This document shows, one piece after another, positions 61,756 to 64,000 of a stretch of 64,000 nt of DNA. Under the pieces are notes generated by a model. The model was given only the letters and a program-made list of their open reading frames with translations, made no database searches and was not told the DNA's origin. The stretch lies in assembly GCF_018977255.1 (NCBI RefSeq), contig NW_024704743.1, positions 81,594,001 through 81,658,000 on the forward strand, given 5' to 3'. This stretch comes from Callorhinchus milii. Taxonomy: Eukaryota. The stretch's first letter is position 1. Each line of letters begins with the position of its first letter. A program made the translations under genes and the position numbers.

Positions 61756-62799
61756 TTATTTGCTATTTCTTTCAGCATTTCAATATTTAAAGGCAAATTT
61801 ATGCTTCTTGCTCAAACTGTCAGGGCTTCAGAGGAGTTTAATATATATGGAACTACTGTAACAACAACCTGCGTTTATATAGTGCTTTTCACTTAGAGTA
61901 ATGTCTTGGAACTTTTATAGACGCTGTGCCGTATTCTAGGAAGTGGGGGGAGCAATAGAAAAAAACTTGTAGGCATGGTTAAAGAGGGAGATTTGTAAAC
62001 AATTTTTGAAGATATGTAGTGGTTAAAGGTGTGAGTTCTGGAGGGTGGGAGCAGTGATTAAAGGCTCAGCCGCTGTTGGCAGGGTAGAGGGAATGGGGGC
62101 TGTGTAGCAGACCAAGTTTGCTGAGTGGAGGGGGCAAACAGAAGAGCGAGACTAATTGCAGGTGCACAGAACAATGTTGGTCAGTGCTGGATGCCTGCTT
62201 TTTCATAACATTGTGACAATGAATTTTATATCAAGTTTAAAAGTTTTCAAGTTTGCTGCAGGAATCTGATAAATAAATACTGCAGCTGATTACTGCTTCC
62301 TGAGTCGGCACTAAATATTCAATGTAAACAACTTTCCATTTGTTCACATTTAAACTCAGTAAAAATGTATGGATATTTTGGGTGTATGCACCCTCCAAGG
62401 TTTTCCTCGTTTCCTCTTACTCATTGGTGAGAGGGCGAGTGATTGTTGAGATGTGTCTGTGCCACTCTGAACTGACCAGGAGAGATGTACAAGAGTAGAC
62501 TGATGGGTTTAATCTCTATCGCTGTCTCTCTCTCTCTTTCTCTGTATAGGAGGACATTGGTGGCCTTGACTTGTGCTTATTCCCAGTAAAGACACGTCAG
62601 TGGAGTGCTATTCAATTACCCTGTGGTACTTCACCCTAAACACATGTCATTGATTTAGGCTGATTTTTTAGTTTCTGAATGTCAGCAGTAAATCTGCTAC
62701 GATCAAATCCTGTATCTTAATCTTAGAAAGCATTACAAAAGGATGTCTGGTCTATCCATCTCATACCTGCTTCAACTGTCTGAGCGTAACATATAAGAC

Positions 62800-63580
62800 G
62801 ACAGAGGTAGGAAGGAGCAAGTCATTGAGGGCCTTGAAGGCAAGGATGAGGAATTATCTTCTGGGGGATGGGGATCCAATGGAGCCAGGTGAAGGTGGGG
62901 GTGATAGGGTCATGTCCAGGAGAGGGCCCGAGCTGCCGAGTTCTGGATGATCTGCACCTTGTGGAAGAAAGTGTTGGCAAGGCCGACAGGCAGGGAATTG
63001 GTGTAGTCGAGCCTAGATGTGATAAATGCATGATTGAAGGTTTCGACGGCCTGAGGGGAGAGGCAGTGGCGGAGCCAGGCTATGTGGCAGAGGTGGTGGA
63101 AGGCAGAGCAGGTCATGGCACAGATGTGCGGTACAAAGGACAGTTGAGGGCCAAACAAGATGTCAGGGTTCCAGATTGGCTTAGTGAGTTGGAGAGTGTA
63201 TCCATAGATGGTGATACTGCCAGTGCCTGAGGTGTGGAGGCACTGGTGGGAGCCAATCAGGAGGGCCTCGGTCTTATTGATGTTCGTCTGGAGAAAGTTA
63301 GCTCTCATCCAGGACTTGATGTCTGACAGACTTTCCATCAGGACAGCAATGTCCTGGAGTTGAAGGTGGAGGTAGAAACATTGAGTTGGGTGTCATTTGC
63401 ATTCATGGAAGTTGACCCCATGTCTGTGGATGATATCACCAAGAGGGAGCGTGTACATGTTGAAGAGGAGGGGACCAAGGACAGAGGAGGGGACCAACGC
63501 TGCACAAGACAGTCACCTGAAGGAGAAGCTGTTTGTGGAGACAAAGTGGAGATGGCAGCAGCCAGGTGCGCACTGAAGTG
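62800..63580 (-). mobile_element. L2 RT/C-terminal fragment
   Basis: [27 protein letters not shown] and FITSRLDYTNSL. Confidence 0.9.
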
Positions 63581-63803
63581 ATGCACAACAATTGTGGATT
63601 GAGTGACGTGGATTGAGTGACCAAATTTTTTTTATTACTTCCGGAAAAGCAACCCCTTATTGTCTAACAACTGAATTCCTACTTACTGCTAGGTAAACAG
63701 ATGTGTGCAGTGCAATGAAACTTGGCTAAGATTTCATCCTGCCTGGGAATCAAACCCAGGTCATCTTGCTTGCAAGATGAGTGCTCTAACCAATACGTTA
63801 CAG
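63580..63803 (-). mobile_element. tRNA SINE 5' part, CORE-like subtype
   Basis: cctacttactgctaggtaaacaga...tcttgcttgcaagatgagtgctctaacc. Confidence 0.8.
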
Positions 63804-64000
63804 TAAGGGTTTTGAAGGAAGCAGGAAACCCAGGCATGCAAAGTGGATTTGTCTGAAACCAATTTTTGAGTAAATAAAACAAAGTAAATAGCATTCAACA
63901 TATTGGGGCGAAAAATGTGCTATGTGTACACACTGCCCACAATTGTGATCCAAACTAGTTTTTAATTATAATCTAGTTTTCTGTGAGTGATGAATACAAT

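Noticed and set aside
1..64000. CRISPR arrays, prokaryote-type systems or a second host protein-coding gene
   Set aside because: No repeat-spacer arrays, and no other recognisable host exons; very small exons cannot be excluded by eye.

Overview
Vertebrate genomic DNA, very likely a cartilaginous fish and probably a chimaera. This is inferred from the repeat set: L2, CR1, Deu-domain SINEs, AmnSINE2-like SINEs and a young tRNA-Ala SINE. The only host coding sequence I can support is the first coding exon of a syntrophin gene (beta-1-like, minus strand, 524-898), in a GC/CpG-rich, microsatellite-laden 5' region. The remaining ~62 kb lies upstream of that gene and is dominated by retroelements: two near/full-length L2 LINEs, many L2 and CR1 fragments, several SINE families and Penelope-type remnants with hammerhead-ribozyme motifs. 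Most ORFs in the track are LINE fragments, their antisense frames or microsatellite artefacts. Highlights: a syntrophin intron at a non-mammalian position; a possibly intact young L2; a shared SINE/L2 3' stem-loop; repeated tail-to-target microhomology at nested insertions; a module-swapped SINE series; a duplication-plus-inverted templated-insertion scar at 23.4-24.4 kb; minimal hammerhead motifs; and an isolated 70-nt near-perfect hairpin in unique sequence. I found no evidence of a wholly new multi-gene system. Family assignments are from recalled consensus motifs, not database searches, and coordinates of old repeats are approximate.
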